64,000 nucleotides of DNA from Haliotis cracherodii (lineage: Eukaryota), in the NCBI RefSeq assembly GCF_022045235.1, contig NW_027266283.1, positions 2,604,001 to 2,668,000 of the forward strand, in the 5' to 3' direction. Shown in pieces: positions 37,334 to 51,099 of the stretch (its first letter is position 1; each line of letters starts with the position of its first letter). The notes under the pieces were generated by a model. It was not told the DNA's origin, did not search any database, and saw only the letters and a program-made list of their open reading frames with translations. A program made the translations under genes and the position numbers.

Positions 37334-37600
37334 AGTGTGGCTGCTTGTACAAGTCCGGACAAATGTTGGTTGTATGGTGCTCACCCGAGGCCATCTCATA
37401 CCGCAAATTAACATGGATGCCCCACTGAAACACAGCATACAGACTCCGTGCCGACCAAGCCTTGCACCCCCTTAATACCGAGCGTCAGGCAGGGTAACAA
37501 GTGCCATCTCTTAACATCGTTTGGTACGACGCGGCTGGAGATCGAACCCCGACGTTCTGCTCTCCTGGCAGACGCCGTACCCACTTGACCACGGAGGTCT
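37296..37600 (-). mobile_element. tRNA-derived SINE family 4 with (GCGT)n tract
   Basis: Minus-strand head gacctccgtggtcaagtgg...ggggttcgatctcc; body shared with 52495-52810. Confidence 0.75.
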
Positions 37601-37931
37601 CTATTTCACTAGATCAGGAGGCGGTCGAAGGTAATATTATGATAAGATGACGCCAACTCGCTGTACAGTTTCATGAATAATGTACCCGAGGGTGTCTACA
37701 GTTTAGTGTAAGAAACCGGACATATTCTGCTAGCGTGAGTATTTGAAATCTGAAATGAGAGATATGGGTCGCTTTTCCGTCATATTGGGGCTCCCGGGCA
37801 AATAGGTCCACGCACTCAAACACACTCACTGCTCATGTGAACAGGTTGATGTTTTGTTACATAAGCCATCACCAAGGACGTCCATAGTTTTATCAAATAT
37901 AACCCAAAATCAATACATAATTTCATATCTC

Positions 37932-38788
37932 AGAGTGAGTGAGTCGCAGTCATCAATNNNNNNNNNNNNNNNNNNNNNNNNNNNNNNNNNNNNNNNNNNN
38001 NNNNNNNNNNNNNNNNNNNNNNNNNNNNNNNNNNNNNNNNNNNNNNNNNNNNNNNNNNNNNNNNNNNNNNNNNNNNNNNNNNNNNNNNNNNNNNNNNNNA
38101 GTGGGTGACNNNNNNNNNNNNNNNNNNNNNNNNNNNNNNNNNNNNNNNNNNNNNNNNNNNNNNNNNNNNNNNNNNNNNNNNNNNNNNNNNNNNNNNNNNN
38201 NNNNNNNNNNNNNNNNNNNNNNNNNNNNNNNNNNNNNNNNNNNNNNGACTGAGTGAGTGAGTGACTGGGTTGAGTCGCAGTCATCAATATTCATATTCAG
38301 TGAGTGACTGAGTGAGTGAGTGAGTGAGTGGGTTGAGTGAGTGAGTGAGTGGGTTGAGTGAGTGAGTGACTNNNNNNNNNNNNNNNNNNNNNNNNNNNNN
38401 NNNNNNNNNNNNNNNNNNNNNNNNNNNNNNNNNNNNNNNNNNNNNNNNNNNNNNNNNNNNNNNNNNNNNNNNNNNNNNNNNNNNNNNNNNNNNNNNNNNN
38501 NNNNNNNNNNNNNNNNNNNNNNNNNNNNNNNNNNNNNNNNNNNNNNNNNNNNNNNNNNNNNNNNNNNNAGTGAGTGACTGGGTTGAGTCGCAGTCATCAA
38601 TATTCATATTCAGCGAGTGACTGAGTGAGTGAGTGAGTGAGTGGGTTGAGTGAGTGAGTGAGTGGGTTGAGTGAGTGAGTGGGTTGAGTGAGTGAGTGAG
38701 TGAGTTGAGTCGCAGTTATCAGTATTCATATTCAGTGAGTGAGTGAGTGGGTTGAGTGAGTGAGTGAGTAAGTGAGTCAGTGAGTGAT
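37932..38788. repeat. (GAGT)n-based compound mini/microsatellite with N runs
   Basis: Recurring gagtcgcagtcatcaatattcatattcagtgagtga units; N runs at 37958-38099, 38110-38246 and 38372-38568. Confidence 0.9.
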
Positions 38789-39134
38789 ACGCCGGTTTTA
38801 GCTTCATTTATATTCACGTTATATCACGGCGGCAACGCACTGGTATCAGTATCAAGCTTCGAACACTTGACTATAACACTATCCGTGAGGAAAACGAAAA
38901 TGTATACATTGTGTTAAGTATGGCAGCCGTTAGTTGTTTGTACGTTAACATAGTATTAAACAATCAACATATCAGTAACACACGTTATCACACAAGTCCA
39001 CATCACACAAGGTCTTTCTGTCATTTACTCATTATCTTGTAAAAGAACTTTAAAGTAAACTTTGATTCTAAGAACAGTCCACCCTTACATAATGTTTAAC
39101 CATGACAGTAAGAAAACCCGGTGCGGTTATATAT

Positions 39135-39337
39135 GTCCTTATTTAGGAGATGATTGATTAACATCTAAAACTTCCTTCTTTCTATCTAAAGCGGAATTTT
39201 CTGTTCATCATGAGAATCGTCATCACATTCTTGGAATAAACGCCCGTCCCATCGACGTTCATGAACACGTGACCAGATCCATCTGTGCAATGGTGTTTTG
39301 TCAACTTCTCAACCATCCGGTGTCAAAACTCCAAGAT
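39135..39337 (-). pseudogene. G10: old decayed SAM(B)-like exon
   Basis: With frameshifts it reads DLGVLTPD/VEKLTKHHCTD.../DGRLFQECDDDSHDEQKIPL*IERRKF*ML, colinear with G3 DPRALTPG...RERHCTE...DGRLFMDLDDELLDELGINSKIEQRKL. A SINE sits next to the acceptor position. Confidence 0.7.
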
Positions 39338-39347
39338 CCCTTATAGA

Positions 39348-39605
39348 TGAGTGAGTTGGGTTTATCGCCGCTTTTGACAGAATAGCAGTTATATCACGGC
39401 GTGTCAGCTTAATGTGGGAGGAAAGCCCGAAGTGATGCAGGTCTCAGACGTTTACCACTTCTGTGAAACCCACGAGCATTGGTATGGTGCTAAAAACCTA
39501 GAAACATAGGATTCGAACCCACAGTCATAGGTTTCTGACGTGCCCAAAGGGACGCAACTATGCACAGCAAATTGCGGCGCTTTAGACGACTGGGCCACCC
39601 GTGCC
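39348..39605 (-). mobile_element. SINE family 2
   Basis: Homologous to 13844-14125. Confidence 0.85.
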
Positions 39606-40895
39606 ACCGTCTTACAGATGAAAAAGGACTTTTTGCTCACAATTGGGTTGATTATTCTTTTTAGTCACAGGGACATGTCAAATATAAGCAAGCACATTGT
39701 CAAATATAACATCGAATGGCACCAACACTCCTGATACACGACATCAAACAGATCCTACGACACAAACAGTGTAAAATACCACATGGTTAAAAAATAATAA
39801 TCGTTCATAATGGCCGTTTTTTTGTTCTTTTAGAAAGAACATACTGTAGGATTACTGAATTGCTGTTTATATTTGGGGCGCTGCAGTCACTTGTTCACGG
39901 TGACCTCAACATTTCTGATACTATCTAATTCCAGTTTCAAGGAGAAAAACATACTATTAATGAAAAGTGCTAACATAAGAAAGGAAACGGTTAGTACAAA
40001 GTAATGTACATCGGTACATGAGGACAGAAGACAGAAGGATACAGAGATTAATCAATCCTTAATGAGTTAAATTCACTTAGGATATAAACAGGATATAAAT
40101 TTGCTTGGGCTGTTAAAGTTTTCAACGGCCGCTAAATTCATGGAGACAGACGGCGTTAGCTAATTGTTTCAAATAGGAAAATAGCGTACACGTACCGTAA
40201 GTCTGGCGTCGTTCGTGTCCCTGCCAACAGTTGGATGTGACCCGTGCACACAACTCCGTCGTATGATCCGGATATTCACGGAAATGACGGACGATAGCGG
40301 ATACATATACTGTAGGATCACTGCACTGCTGTTTATATTTGGGGCGCTGCAGTCACCTGTTCGCGGTGACCTCAACATTTCTGATGCTATTTAATTCCAG
40401 TTTCAAGAAGAAAAACATAATTAATGAATAGCGGATGCCAAGCTTAGTGTACCAATATTAACATAACGTTTCTCCTTTCATACATAAACAATAAAGGATA
40501 GTATTTGTAATTTTGTTTATTTGGTATGTGTACTGTGTCCTAAAATATTCGCGATGACGTGTTAGTCATTTCAACGGAATAAGGAAGGACATGTAACTCA
40601 AGGAGTTCACAGAACGCGCCCTGGTTTGCTTTGTTTAACAAATAGATAGAGGATATTTTGTGATGGTTATGTTACATACGCTAGCTTTCTCGAGATCATT
40701 GAGTGCCGTTGTGGAACGATACGAATTCAAGGAAATTAACGAGAATGACAACCAATTCGATTAGTCGCCTGTTATTACAAGCAGAGGTTTCTCTTACGAC
40801 AAGCATAGGTTTCTCTTACGACAAGCATAGGTTTCTCTTACGACAAGCATAGGTTTCTGGGGATCTGTTTGAACCCGGAATCCCCACGGATTCTA

Positions 40896-42487
40896 CTGGG
40901 CTATCATGTTCTACAGGACTACTGTGCACTACAGGACTATCATGCACTACGGGGCCTACCATGCACTACGGGGACTACGATATGCTACAGGACGACCATG
41001 TTCTTTCTACTCGACTAGCTACTGTGCACTATTATGCTATTATAATTATTATGCTATTATGCAATACATGACTATCCTGTTCTACTGGACTATCATGCAC
41101 TACGGGGACTACCATTATCTGTAGGAATACCATGTTCTACTGGACTACCATGCTCTACTGGACTACCATGCACTATAGGACCATCATGCACTAAGGAGAC
41201 TACTATGCACTACTGGACTACCATGCTCTACACTTTAGGACCATCATGCACTACGGAGACTACTATGCTCTACCGGACTACCATGCTCTACTGGACTACC
41301 ATCAACTATAGGACCATCATGCACTACGGAGACTACTATGCACTACTGGACTACCATGTTCTACTGGACTACCATGCACTTTAAGACCATCATGCACTAC
41401 AAGGACTACCATGCTCTACATGACTATCATGTACTACACGTACAGGACTACCATGCACTACAGGACTACCATGCTTTACTGGACTACCATGTAGTACAGG
41501 GACAACCATGCACTACAGGGACTATCATGCACTACAGGGACTATCATGCACTACAGGGACAACCATGCACTACAGGGACTATCATGCACTACTGGACTAT
41601 CATGCACTACTGGACTATCATGCACTACTGGACTACCATGCACTACAGGGACTATCATGCACTACTGGACTACCATGCACTACAGGGACTATCATGCACT
41701 ACAGGGACTATCATGCACTACAGGGACTATCATGCACTACAGGGACTATCATGCACTACAGGGACTACCATGCACTACTGGACTACCATGTAGTACAGGG
41801 ACAACCATGCACTACAGGGACTATCATGCACTACAGGGACTATCATGCACTACAGGGACTATCATGCACTACAGGGACTATCATGCACTACAGGGACTAC
41901 CATGCACTACTGGACTACCATGCACTACTGGACTACCATGTAGTACAGGGACAACCATGCACTACAGGGACTATCATGCACTACAGGGACTACCATGCAC
42001 TACTGGACTACCATGCACTACTGGACTACCATGTAGTACAGGGACAACCATGCACTACAGGGACTATCATGCACTACAGGGACTATCATGCACTACAGGG
42101 ACTACCATGCACTACTGGACTACCATGCTTTACTGGACTACCATGTAGTACAGGGACAACCATGCACTACAGGGACTATCATGCACTACAGGGACTATCA
42201 TGCACTACTGGACTATCATGCACTACTGGACTATCATGCACTACTGGACTATCATGCACTACTGGACTACCATGCACTACTGGACTATCATGCACTACTG
42301 GACTATCATGCACTACTGGACTACCATGCACTATAGGACTATCATGCACTTTTGGATTATCATGCACTTTAGGACTATCAAGCACTTTAGGACTATCAAG
42401 CACTTTAGGACTATCATGCACTTTAGGACCAGCATGCACTACGGGGACTACCATGCACTACAGCACTACCGTGCTCTACAGAACTAC
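40896..42487. repeat. 19/20-bp minisatellite (ggactaYcatgcactact / gggactaYcatgcactaca), ~1.6 kb
   Basis: Direct tandem repeats, homogeneous in the centre and degenerate at the edges. Confidence 0.95.
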
Positions 42488-43502
42488 CGGCGTTAAACAC
42501 CAAACAAATCAACAAAATTAAGTGCAAGTCCTTCACATCCCGTCATTATACGTACCGTACATTAGACAAACACGCAGTTCATGTCAACACGTTCTACATA
42601 TTTTCAGCAGGTTCAGTACACTGAATATGCTTGCAATCCGTTTCAGAGTTTACAGAATATTAATAGCGTTAGTGTTTCCTGTAACGCTGGCATAACAGGA
42701 CATGCACTGGATGTCCATCTTGCGTCGGTATTCGTCATTTCTGACTGCAACAAAGTAGGTCACGGAGTCCTCATTGAGTTAGTAACGAGGAAATCAGCAC
42801 TGGCAAGTGTAGGGCGGGTCTTATTGTCAGGAAAATGAAGGACACCCCGAGTATCTTGATGATATCCTATGTCCTGGAAGGAAGACGATCGCACTCCTTT
42901 TCTAGGGTTGACAAGCACTCATCAGACAAATTACGCTGAATTAATCATAATATACCGACAGAAGCAATCGTGTTATGACCGAACAATAATTCCAGTAATA
43001 TGGCTCAAGTGTCAAGAGATTTCTTGAGAAAAGGTGTTTGTATTTGTTTAAAGACGATTGTCTCAATAACGGTTCATCTGTGGTTAATAGTTATAGTTAT
43101 AATAGTTTATTGAATAAAACATAAATTGAAAATCAACTATTCTATACTTGGATGATTATAAATAGAGAATTTACCAGTATAAGTATATTTTTTCCAATGA
43201 ATTTATGGAAGTATCCTTAGATAAAAATAAATGTATCTTGAATCAAATTGAGTCGATAAAAAAAAGGGCTTTACAATTTCATAAAACAACATAATTATTT
43301 AAAGTAATCACATGACTTCGGCGGCCCGATGTTCTACACACGTGTAGCTTTAATACAAATCATTTGTTTTCGAGAACTCATCTGTGTGCATATGATAAAG
43401 AGAAATACACTCCTTCAGATCAAAGATCAACCTGTTGACTCCTTTTAGTCTACAGTTGTCTTAGCCTTATCTTTATTTCAAACTTACTTGCTCAGAAATT
43501 GA

Positions 43503-43777
43503 CTGAGTGAGTTGTGTTTAACGCCGCTTTTAACAGTATTCCAGTTATAACGCGGCGTGTCAGCTTAATGTGGGAGGAAAGCCCGAAGTGATGCAGGTCT
43601 CAGACGTTTACCACTACGGTGAAACCACGAGCACGGGTATGTAGCTGACAAACCTAGAAACATAATCGGGGCGAACCGGGATTCGAACCCACAATCATAG
43701 GTTTCTGGCGTGCCCAAGGGACGCAACTCTGCACAGCGAATCGCGGCGCCTTAGACGACTGGGCCACCCGTGCCCCC
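43503..43777 (-). mobile_element. SINE family 2, full length
   Basis: Homologous to 13844-14125. Confidence 0.85.
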
Positions 43778-43927
43778 GCTGAGAAAGATTGATACGACTT
43801 CTTAACATCGTTGATGATACTCGTCACAATAATAATATTAATGCAATACTCTCCACTGACATTTCCATTTAAACCAAGTTCATATTCATTTTGAATTATA
43901 GACACCCAATACCTCTCCAATACCTCT

Positions 43928-44490
43928 CTCGCCTCTTTGGTCTAGTGGATAGAGCGCCTGTGCTCTGCCATTAAAAGGTTAATGGATGATAGTTGTTGTT
44001 ACACTGCCTGGTGCTCGGCATTAAGAGGCTAAAACAAGGACTGGTCGGCTCGGAGTCAGAATATTGTGTCTGAGTAGCGTTAGCATGTCAAACTGGGACA
44101 TGGTATATCAGTGCTCAAGGATTATATAACCAACATTAGTCTGGAAAGTTAAAGCAACAAACTGGAATTTCTGCTTGTCTGATGCTCGGCATCAAGGGGC
44201 TAAAACAAGGACTGGTCGGCTCGGATTCAGAATATTGTGTCTGAGTAGCGTTAGCATATTAAACTGGGACATGGTAAATCAGTGCTCAAGGATTATATAG
44301 CCAACATTAGTCTGGAAAGTTAAAGCAACAAACTGGAATTTCTGCTTGTCTGATGCTCGGCATTAAGGGGCTAAAACAAGGACTGGTCGGGTCGGAGTCA
44401 GAATACTCTGTCTGAGTAGCGTGTGAATGCTAAACTAGGGCATGGTATATCAGTGCTCAAGCATTATATAACCGGCATAAGTCTGGAATA
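43928..44490 (+). repeat. SINE family 4 whose body is amplified as a ~3x ~170-bp tandem
   Basis: tRNA-like head at ~43928; tgctcggcattaaggggctaaaacaaggactggtcgg repeated at ~44012, ~44183 and ~44354. Confidence 0.75.
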
Positions 44491-44499
44491 GTATACGTA

Positions 44500-44910
44500 A
44501 AGCACAATATTGGAATCTCTGCTGTCGGAGAGGATGTTGTATTACACCTTTACCGCAAATGCGTAACTGAAAGCAGTGGTTATTTGTACTGAGCATCTGT
44601 TGGAACGCGGTGTGCCTTGGGCCAGTACCATGGGTTTGGTAGCGATACCACAGTCTAGCGATAGTACTCCTGGACACGTTGAATACTCTAGCTTCAGTAG
44701 AATTCGATTGTACTTCGTCCAAGAGTCCGGCGATGTTGTTTGCTGTTAAACTTATGCTGACAGACAGTGACTTGGTAACAGAGAACCCCAACGCTTCGTG
44801 CAGAATATCCAAATGAAACATGGGCTATAGTCGTTGCTGCGATTAATGATTTCACAAATATCATTATTAATCTGCTCACAAGTGATTATATCCGTGTCTA
44901 TTATAGTGTA
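44500..44910 (-). mobile_element. Tc1/mariner transposase relic (N-terminal HTH)
   Basis: IAGLLDEVQSNSTEARVFNVSRSTIARLWYRYQTHGT matches the paired-like HTH pattern of Tc1 transposases; degenerate, no DDE region seen. Confidence 0.65.
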
Positions 44911-45724
44911 TATCAGTATCAAATATGTGTTTCTGTTTCATAGCGGTATATGAATTTGTGATACGACCTGGTAGAACATTCGATAGGGCAGCTAGAGTTA
45001 ACTCCCCTTTATCACCTAGCCAATTCGATTATGCCAAATTATCTTTGGAATTTAACTCAACGACAATCCATAACCTAAGGCATTCTGAAAACCTAGGTCT
45101 TCCCTCTATAGACATATAACTATATCATTCCCGCCTATGCCTTTCTGGGGTTTTTTAAGATTTTAAATGCATAATCTAGTTTTCATATTATTCGTCTGGT
45201 AAAGGTTCACCATATCAGTGTCTAAACACGATTGAGGCCACGACGAGACAACGTTATCTCGTGAGATTTTACCGTAACAGTCATGCGTAATATACGCACA
45301 GTGACTCGTGAGGTACTCTTGCAAACAAAACACTTCTAATATTTATGCAGATATTAACAATTGCTGCAAGCTTCCACTCCAAGGGAGGCAACCGTGTCAT
45401 GCACGTTTTCAAAAGGATAGCTTTTTGACGTTTGTATGAACATGTGGAGGTCAAAACGAATGCGCTGCTATCGGTGTGTTTCGTTTAAGAGGTCAGAGAT
45501 GCAGGCGTACAATAGTTTAGAATTATCATATTGCAGGCATGGACTTTTGTGTGTTCACACAATAACTTTGAGTTTGCATGTGTCTAACAAGTATATACTC
45601 CTACATATGAGATTTCTAACGCAGGCCTCATAATCATAATGTTTTCACCCATTTCTGGTGTCCCCCGCCGTGATATTACTGGAATATTGCGACAAGCGGC
45701 GTAAAACTAAATTCACTCACTCAC

Positions 45725-46410
45725 CTAACGAAACAGTGTGAAACCCATGGCACAGACACAGTGCTTGCATTACATCCTTACGAAAAGGGGGTGGTGGGGT
45801 AGCCTAGTAGTAAAAGCGTTCGCTCGTCACGCCGAAAACCCGGGTTCGATTCCCGACATGGGTACAATGTGTGAAGCCCATTTCTGGTATCCCCCGCCGT
45901 GATATTGCTGGAATATTGCTAAAAGCGGCGTAAAACCATACTCACTTACACACCTAACGAAATTGTGTGAAACCCCAGGCATATACAGTGTTTGCTTTAC
46001 ATCTTAACGAAATAGGGGTTTTGGGGTAGCCTAGTGATTAAAGCGTTCGATTGTCTCGCGTTCACTCACTCACCTATCGAAATAGTGTGAAACCCACGGC
46101 AAAGATGCAATGTTTGCTTTACATGATAATAACGAAATAGTGTGAAACCCACGGCATAGATACAGTGTTTGCTTTACATGATAATAACGAAATAGTGTGA
46201 AATCCACGGCATAGATACAGTCTTTGCTTTACATGATAATAACGAAATAGTGTTAAACCCACGGCACAGATACAGTGTTTGCTCTACATGATAATAACGA
46301 AACAGTGTGAAACCCACGGCATAGATACATTGTTTGCTTTACATGATAATAACGAAATAGTGTGAAACACACGGCATAGATACAGTGTTTCCTTTACATT
46401 CCAACGAAAT
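45725..46410. repeat. ~55-bp tandem repeat interleaved with SINE family 3
   Basis: Unit aacgaaatagtgtgaaacccacggcatagatacagtgtttgctttacatgataat, six consecutive copies at ~46077-46410 plus two more between SINE copies. Confidence 0.9.
45787..45950 (+). mobile_element. Short tRNA-derived SINE family 3 (fragments also at 19885, 29496, 45649, 46015, 56546, 60345)
   Basis: ggggtagcctagtagtaaaagcgttcgctcgtcacgccgaaaacccgggttcgattcc head (A/B boxes) and gatattgctggaatattgctaaaagcggcgtaaaac tail. Confidence 0.85.
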
Positions 46411-48009
46411 GGCTTCTGTCTTCCTTCTGTCACTGTGTGCGGTTATTTCAAGTGTGTCCCAGGATCTCCGAATAATGGGGATCAGGTGGTCACAATGTCA
46501 CCTGGATCATTAAGTGTGAAATAATGTGTCATCTACTGTGGTGGTCATTCATCCAACCTCTGGTTTGCCTTGTCCAGACACGATCACTTACAGGCCCACG
46601 TGATGTAGATGGAATATTGCTGACATAGGTGTAAAACAACATTATTTCACTTTAAGAAAACAATCTTCACCAAAGAGACAAAGAGAGTAGCAGATATAAA
46701 CTGTAAAGCGTAAAGACAGGTAACAACTTTGCGTTATGTGATTATACTACATTATTCTTTACAAATAGGAATGCTATATCAGATATGAACTTTGTCGATC
46801 CATTTACAATACATATGCTATATCACATAAATATCTGCCGATCCGTTTACATTAGGTATGCTATATCACATATATGTAATACATATACTATGCTATATCA
46901 GATATTAACTTTGTCGGTACANNNNNNNNNNNNNNNNNNNNNNNNNNNNNNNNNNNNNNNNNNNNNNNNNNNNNNNNNNNNNNNNNNNNNNNNNNNNNNN
47001 NNNNNNNNNNNNNNNNNNNNNNNNNNNNNNNNNNNNNNNNNNNNNNNNNNNNNNNNNNNNNNNNNNNNNNNNNNTGCAACTCTACTTGAGCTCGGCAATG
47101 TTCATCATGAAGAGTGGCAACCATTCAGACACATATAGTCTGGAAGGTAATTTAAGGTACCGACGTTTATTACAATATCTGAAAAACTTTTGGACCTACT
47201 CCAGTCAAAGTTGGTATGAGATTATTAAACAGTCATACATAACTGGATATTACATTTAAAGACAATCGGTTTATGAATAGAAAATATGTCTATTTAGCTA
47301 TCACTATATTTCATCAACAACCAGACCTGTTCGTCACGGGTGAAACTAGCATTCATTCTAACAGCCATCTGCATAATCCGTCCCCTGCGTCACAGGGCCA
47401 CATGACACAGTTGAACCATTCAACTCAACTCGAAAGGTTGCACGGGAATCTCGCACTCACGAATACGGTGTTAGCATTAGATTTCATGTTGTCTCAGCTC
47501 AAGCATCTTTCCGCTGATACGTAAGGTTTCGCGCGTTGTTTGTTTTAAATTAAAGCGAGAAACCCGTTTCCATAATCAGAAAAAATCTCTGCTAAAAGTA
47601 GAGTCCACATTTTGCTTCCACATACAGGAAACTACGATTATAACGAACTAAACTGGACCACTAAGTTTAGTTTGGGATACCAGTAGTTCGTTCTAAGCAT
47701 ATATACAGCCCCTACACAAATAAACAGGCCACAAAAACAGTTCGTTTCTAACGTGTTCGTTATTAACGCAATTTACTGTATATCATAAATATCTGTTATG
47801 AATACCTGTCAATTAGTGGTGATATCAAGCGTTGCCCTACTTGTGGCAACTGCAACAAACACATGCAAAGGCAAGTCGTGTGTTTACCTGATAAAAGGAA
47901 CAAATGATACAAGCCAAAAAATGTAATTGTATCAGACATCACTTTGTCACTTTTGCCGAAAATTTGTAAAAGTCCCATAGATGTCCACCATATAACGTTT
48001 GAAAGTTTA

Positions 48010-48212
48010 ATTTTGTTTGTTGTTTAACACCGCACTCAGCAATATTCAAGCTATGTGACGGTGGTGAGTAAATAATCGAGTCTGGACCAGACAATCCAGT
48101 GATTAATATCATGAGCATCGATCCATCGATCGCAATTGGGATCGATGACATGCATCAACCAAGTCAGCGAGCCGGACCACCCGATCCCGCTAGTCGCCTC
48201 TTACAACAAGCA
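48010..48212 (-). mobile_element. SINE family 1
   Basis: Reverse complement of the family 1 body and tail. Confidence 0.8.
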
Positions 48213-50416
48213 CGGGGAATGCTTTTCTGATCCCTTAAATACTGAAACCCTGATTAAGCAGATTTTGAGCAAGAGTCGTGTGACACTTTCTGGAAGAGTA
48301 AGCTCATTTTTTCCTCAAAAGTTTTGAAATGTGGACACCAAAGGCTGGAAGCGCTGGAATGCTGCTCGACATGATGGAATCTTTCTTGCCATTCAGCCTT
48401 GTGGATATGTATTGTCATACTGCATTGTTCTATAAATGAATCAGATGAGGCGATTCACTGGTATCTTTTATGTCTAGCTGAGGTGGGTAATTCATATACC
48501 TTCGAAATACCTATGCTCAGTTACACTTCTTTCGATGGTTTTGATTTTGCTAATCAGAGCAAAAATTCTGAGTCGCGTGCATAAAGAAACAGATCAGCCA
48601 GTTGGGGAGCACAATCGGTGCCCATGGAGATTTTACTAAAGCCTTAAATGCCTCGGACGTCATTTTTAAATTAAGCAAAGATGCTGTCGTAAACCTTGAT
48701 TAAAGTGGAGCTCAACGTAACTAAGAAACATGTCCATTGCATCTTCATTAGGCCACAATACATTCAGCACTACGTTATTTCTTCTGAGAACTATTTATAA
48801 CAACGCCCCAATGTGGAGGAGTATGTATTATATACATGTAGCTAGTTTAGCAGACCTCAAATCAGATTTACCATTGGCTAAAGGTAATATGTACGTGAGG
48901 TATTCTGATTTTACTCAACACCCTCATTAAACCTTTTAGAATGAAAGCATGAAGAAATATGTTGTTTCTATGTTGAGAACTTTTGCCATCATAGGGAGAA
49001 AGGGCCTATGTAATGATTTACTTGCTTGATTAGTTGCTGCAAATATGGCTGAGGACCGTGTTAACGTGGCTTGTGTCGATCATACAACCGCATTGTATCC
49101 TTGCAGTGCTACGATAGAATGGTGTCGACAAACCATAAATTGTCACCAGGGTGAATCAGGGATTCGAACCCACGATCACATCCTGAGACGGCTAATGCAT
49201 CAGCCGATTGCGGTGCCACAAACAAATATTCCTAATTGTCCTTGTTACGGTGACAACATAACACAATATTGTTCATTTAATTTTTTTATTAAAAATATTT
49301 TCCAATAAGTATGGACAAAGACAATGAATACACATATTTACACAGCCGTGTTTTCTTAAACGTTGCTCTCAATCAGGTTTGTAATAACAGGGTGAGTATA
49401 CAATCATCACGTTGAGATGGAGGCATTGTACAGAAAATATACATCTTAGGGGGTAAGGCCGCTTTTAGCAGTATATAAATCCATCTAAACACCATGAAGG
49501 ACGTCATGAATGTGGGAATCGAACCGTGGTCTTAGGCTTGGTTGGTTGGTTTGTTGTTAACATGTGTGAATTGTTATAATATATGAAATACAATCATCAC
49601 TATAATCAATATTAGTATCACTTGTTTTGGTATTTACACTGACAGCGGTAGAATATGACCCGAACCTGTAAAAGACCGCTTGCCTACAATGTTGCCTTAG
49701 GCTGGATATCCCAGTGTGTACCGATACTATGGAGAACCCCTGGGCTTGTTAGGAAGGTTGTCAAATGAATACATCCAGAGCAGCATGGCTCAACCACATC
49801 TGTATATATCCATTCTCCTGAACTGTAAAGACCACCAACATCGCGAAACCCAACGTTGACCCACAGCAACAAAAAACTGAGCTTTGAAATTCAAAACAAT
49901 TAGTGAAATTCAAATATTAACGTTTGCTTTCATTCTTAAATATGCTTATTTAGAATGTCACTTGGCTGAACATATCCAGGGTAGCATGGCTCAACTACGC
50001 CTGTATATAGCCACCCTCGTGACAAAGACCGAAAGAAAATGTCATATAAACATGTTTCAGAATCCAATGATTATTTTCCTAGCAGTTATGATGTGGTAAT
50101 GGCGTTATGTAATACTGTCCATCCTAATACCACCCAACATAAGATTTGAATTGACGAAAGAGAAGGCCCACTACCTGGTTGTAGAATAAATTCAGTTACC
50201 AAGGATGGGTGTCAGTGATATTATACCACAGTTATACAACAGCACTGACAATGATACTACTGATAGATGTGCTGTGTTCACCGTCCCAACCCAACACAGG
50301 TGTGATGCAACCTGGTCCTTAGTCCACCCCAGTCTTTGAGAATGTATACAATGCAATATGTACAACATTCTGACTTGGTGCAGTCAACATAGAGGCCCAA
50401 CTCTAGTAATTAAGAT

Positions 50417-50635
50417 TTTTGTTTGATGTTTAACGCCGGACTCAGCAATATTCCAGCTATATGACGACGGTCTGTCAATAATCGAGTCTGGACCAGACAA
50501 TCCACTGATTGACATAATGAGCAACCAAGTCAGCGAGCGTGACCACCCGTTACTCGCCTCTTATGACAAGCATAGCCGCCTTATAAGGCAAGCATGGGTT
50601 GCTGAAGACCTATTTTACTCCGTATCTTCACGGGT
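50417..50635 (-). mobile_element. SINE family 1
   Basis: Reverse complement of family 1 with an internal deletion. Confidence 0.8.
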
Positions 50636-51099
50636 TAGTCCTTGAGAGTAAGGAGAGGGACCAAGACTAGTCCACTCCAGTCCTTGAGTTCCGATACATC
50701 GCGGAGTAAGAAGTCCATTACGACAAGTCCAATCTGGTCGTTGAGGGTTCGTATACATATACGGAGATAGGAAGCTTGACCTTGAGACTTGGAGGAAAAG
50801 CCTGTTGGACAAAGTTTGCTTGATATTAATTCAGAGGATGGCTGTTGGAACTTACTTGTATACAGTCACGTTACTGTTATATACATGGGGACATTTTGCA
50901 CATTATTTGAGCAAGACAGTATAAAGGTAAAGAATAATTTGCGTGTTATACTATCCTGCTATGCCTATATACGTTTTTGACAACTGTTGTCTCAAGTTAT
51001 TATAGTGATGTTCTTTTCCCATTTTCAACAGATTCTTGTATATCCTATAGATGTTTGTATCGATTCATTGTTTGCATAACTCAGTATTCAGATACTCAC

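Noticed and set aside
37854-38807. ORFs spanning X runs
   Set aside because: Artefacts of N runs and (GAGT)n repeats.
41338-42521. Long ORFs up to 337 aa (MHYRDYHAL repeats)
   Set aside because: Translations of a minisatellite, open in several frames and on both strands.
42540-42873. Exon-like minus-strand block (LNEDSVTYFVAVRNDEYRRKMDIQCMSCYASVTGNTNAINIL*TLKRIASIF)
   Set aside because: Protein-like, but it contains stops and I cannot assign a family; not enough support to annotate.
45787-45860. tRNA gene
   Set aside because: The tRNA-like head continues into a SINE body and tail and recurs as truncated copies.
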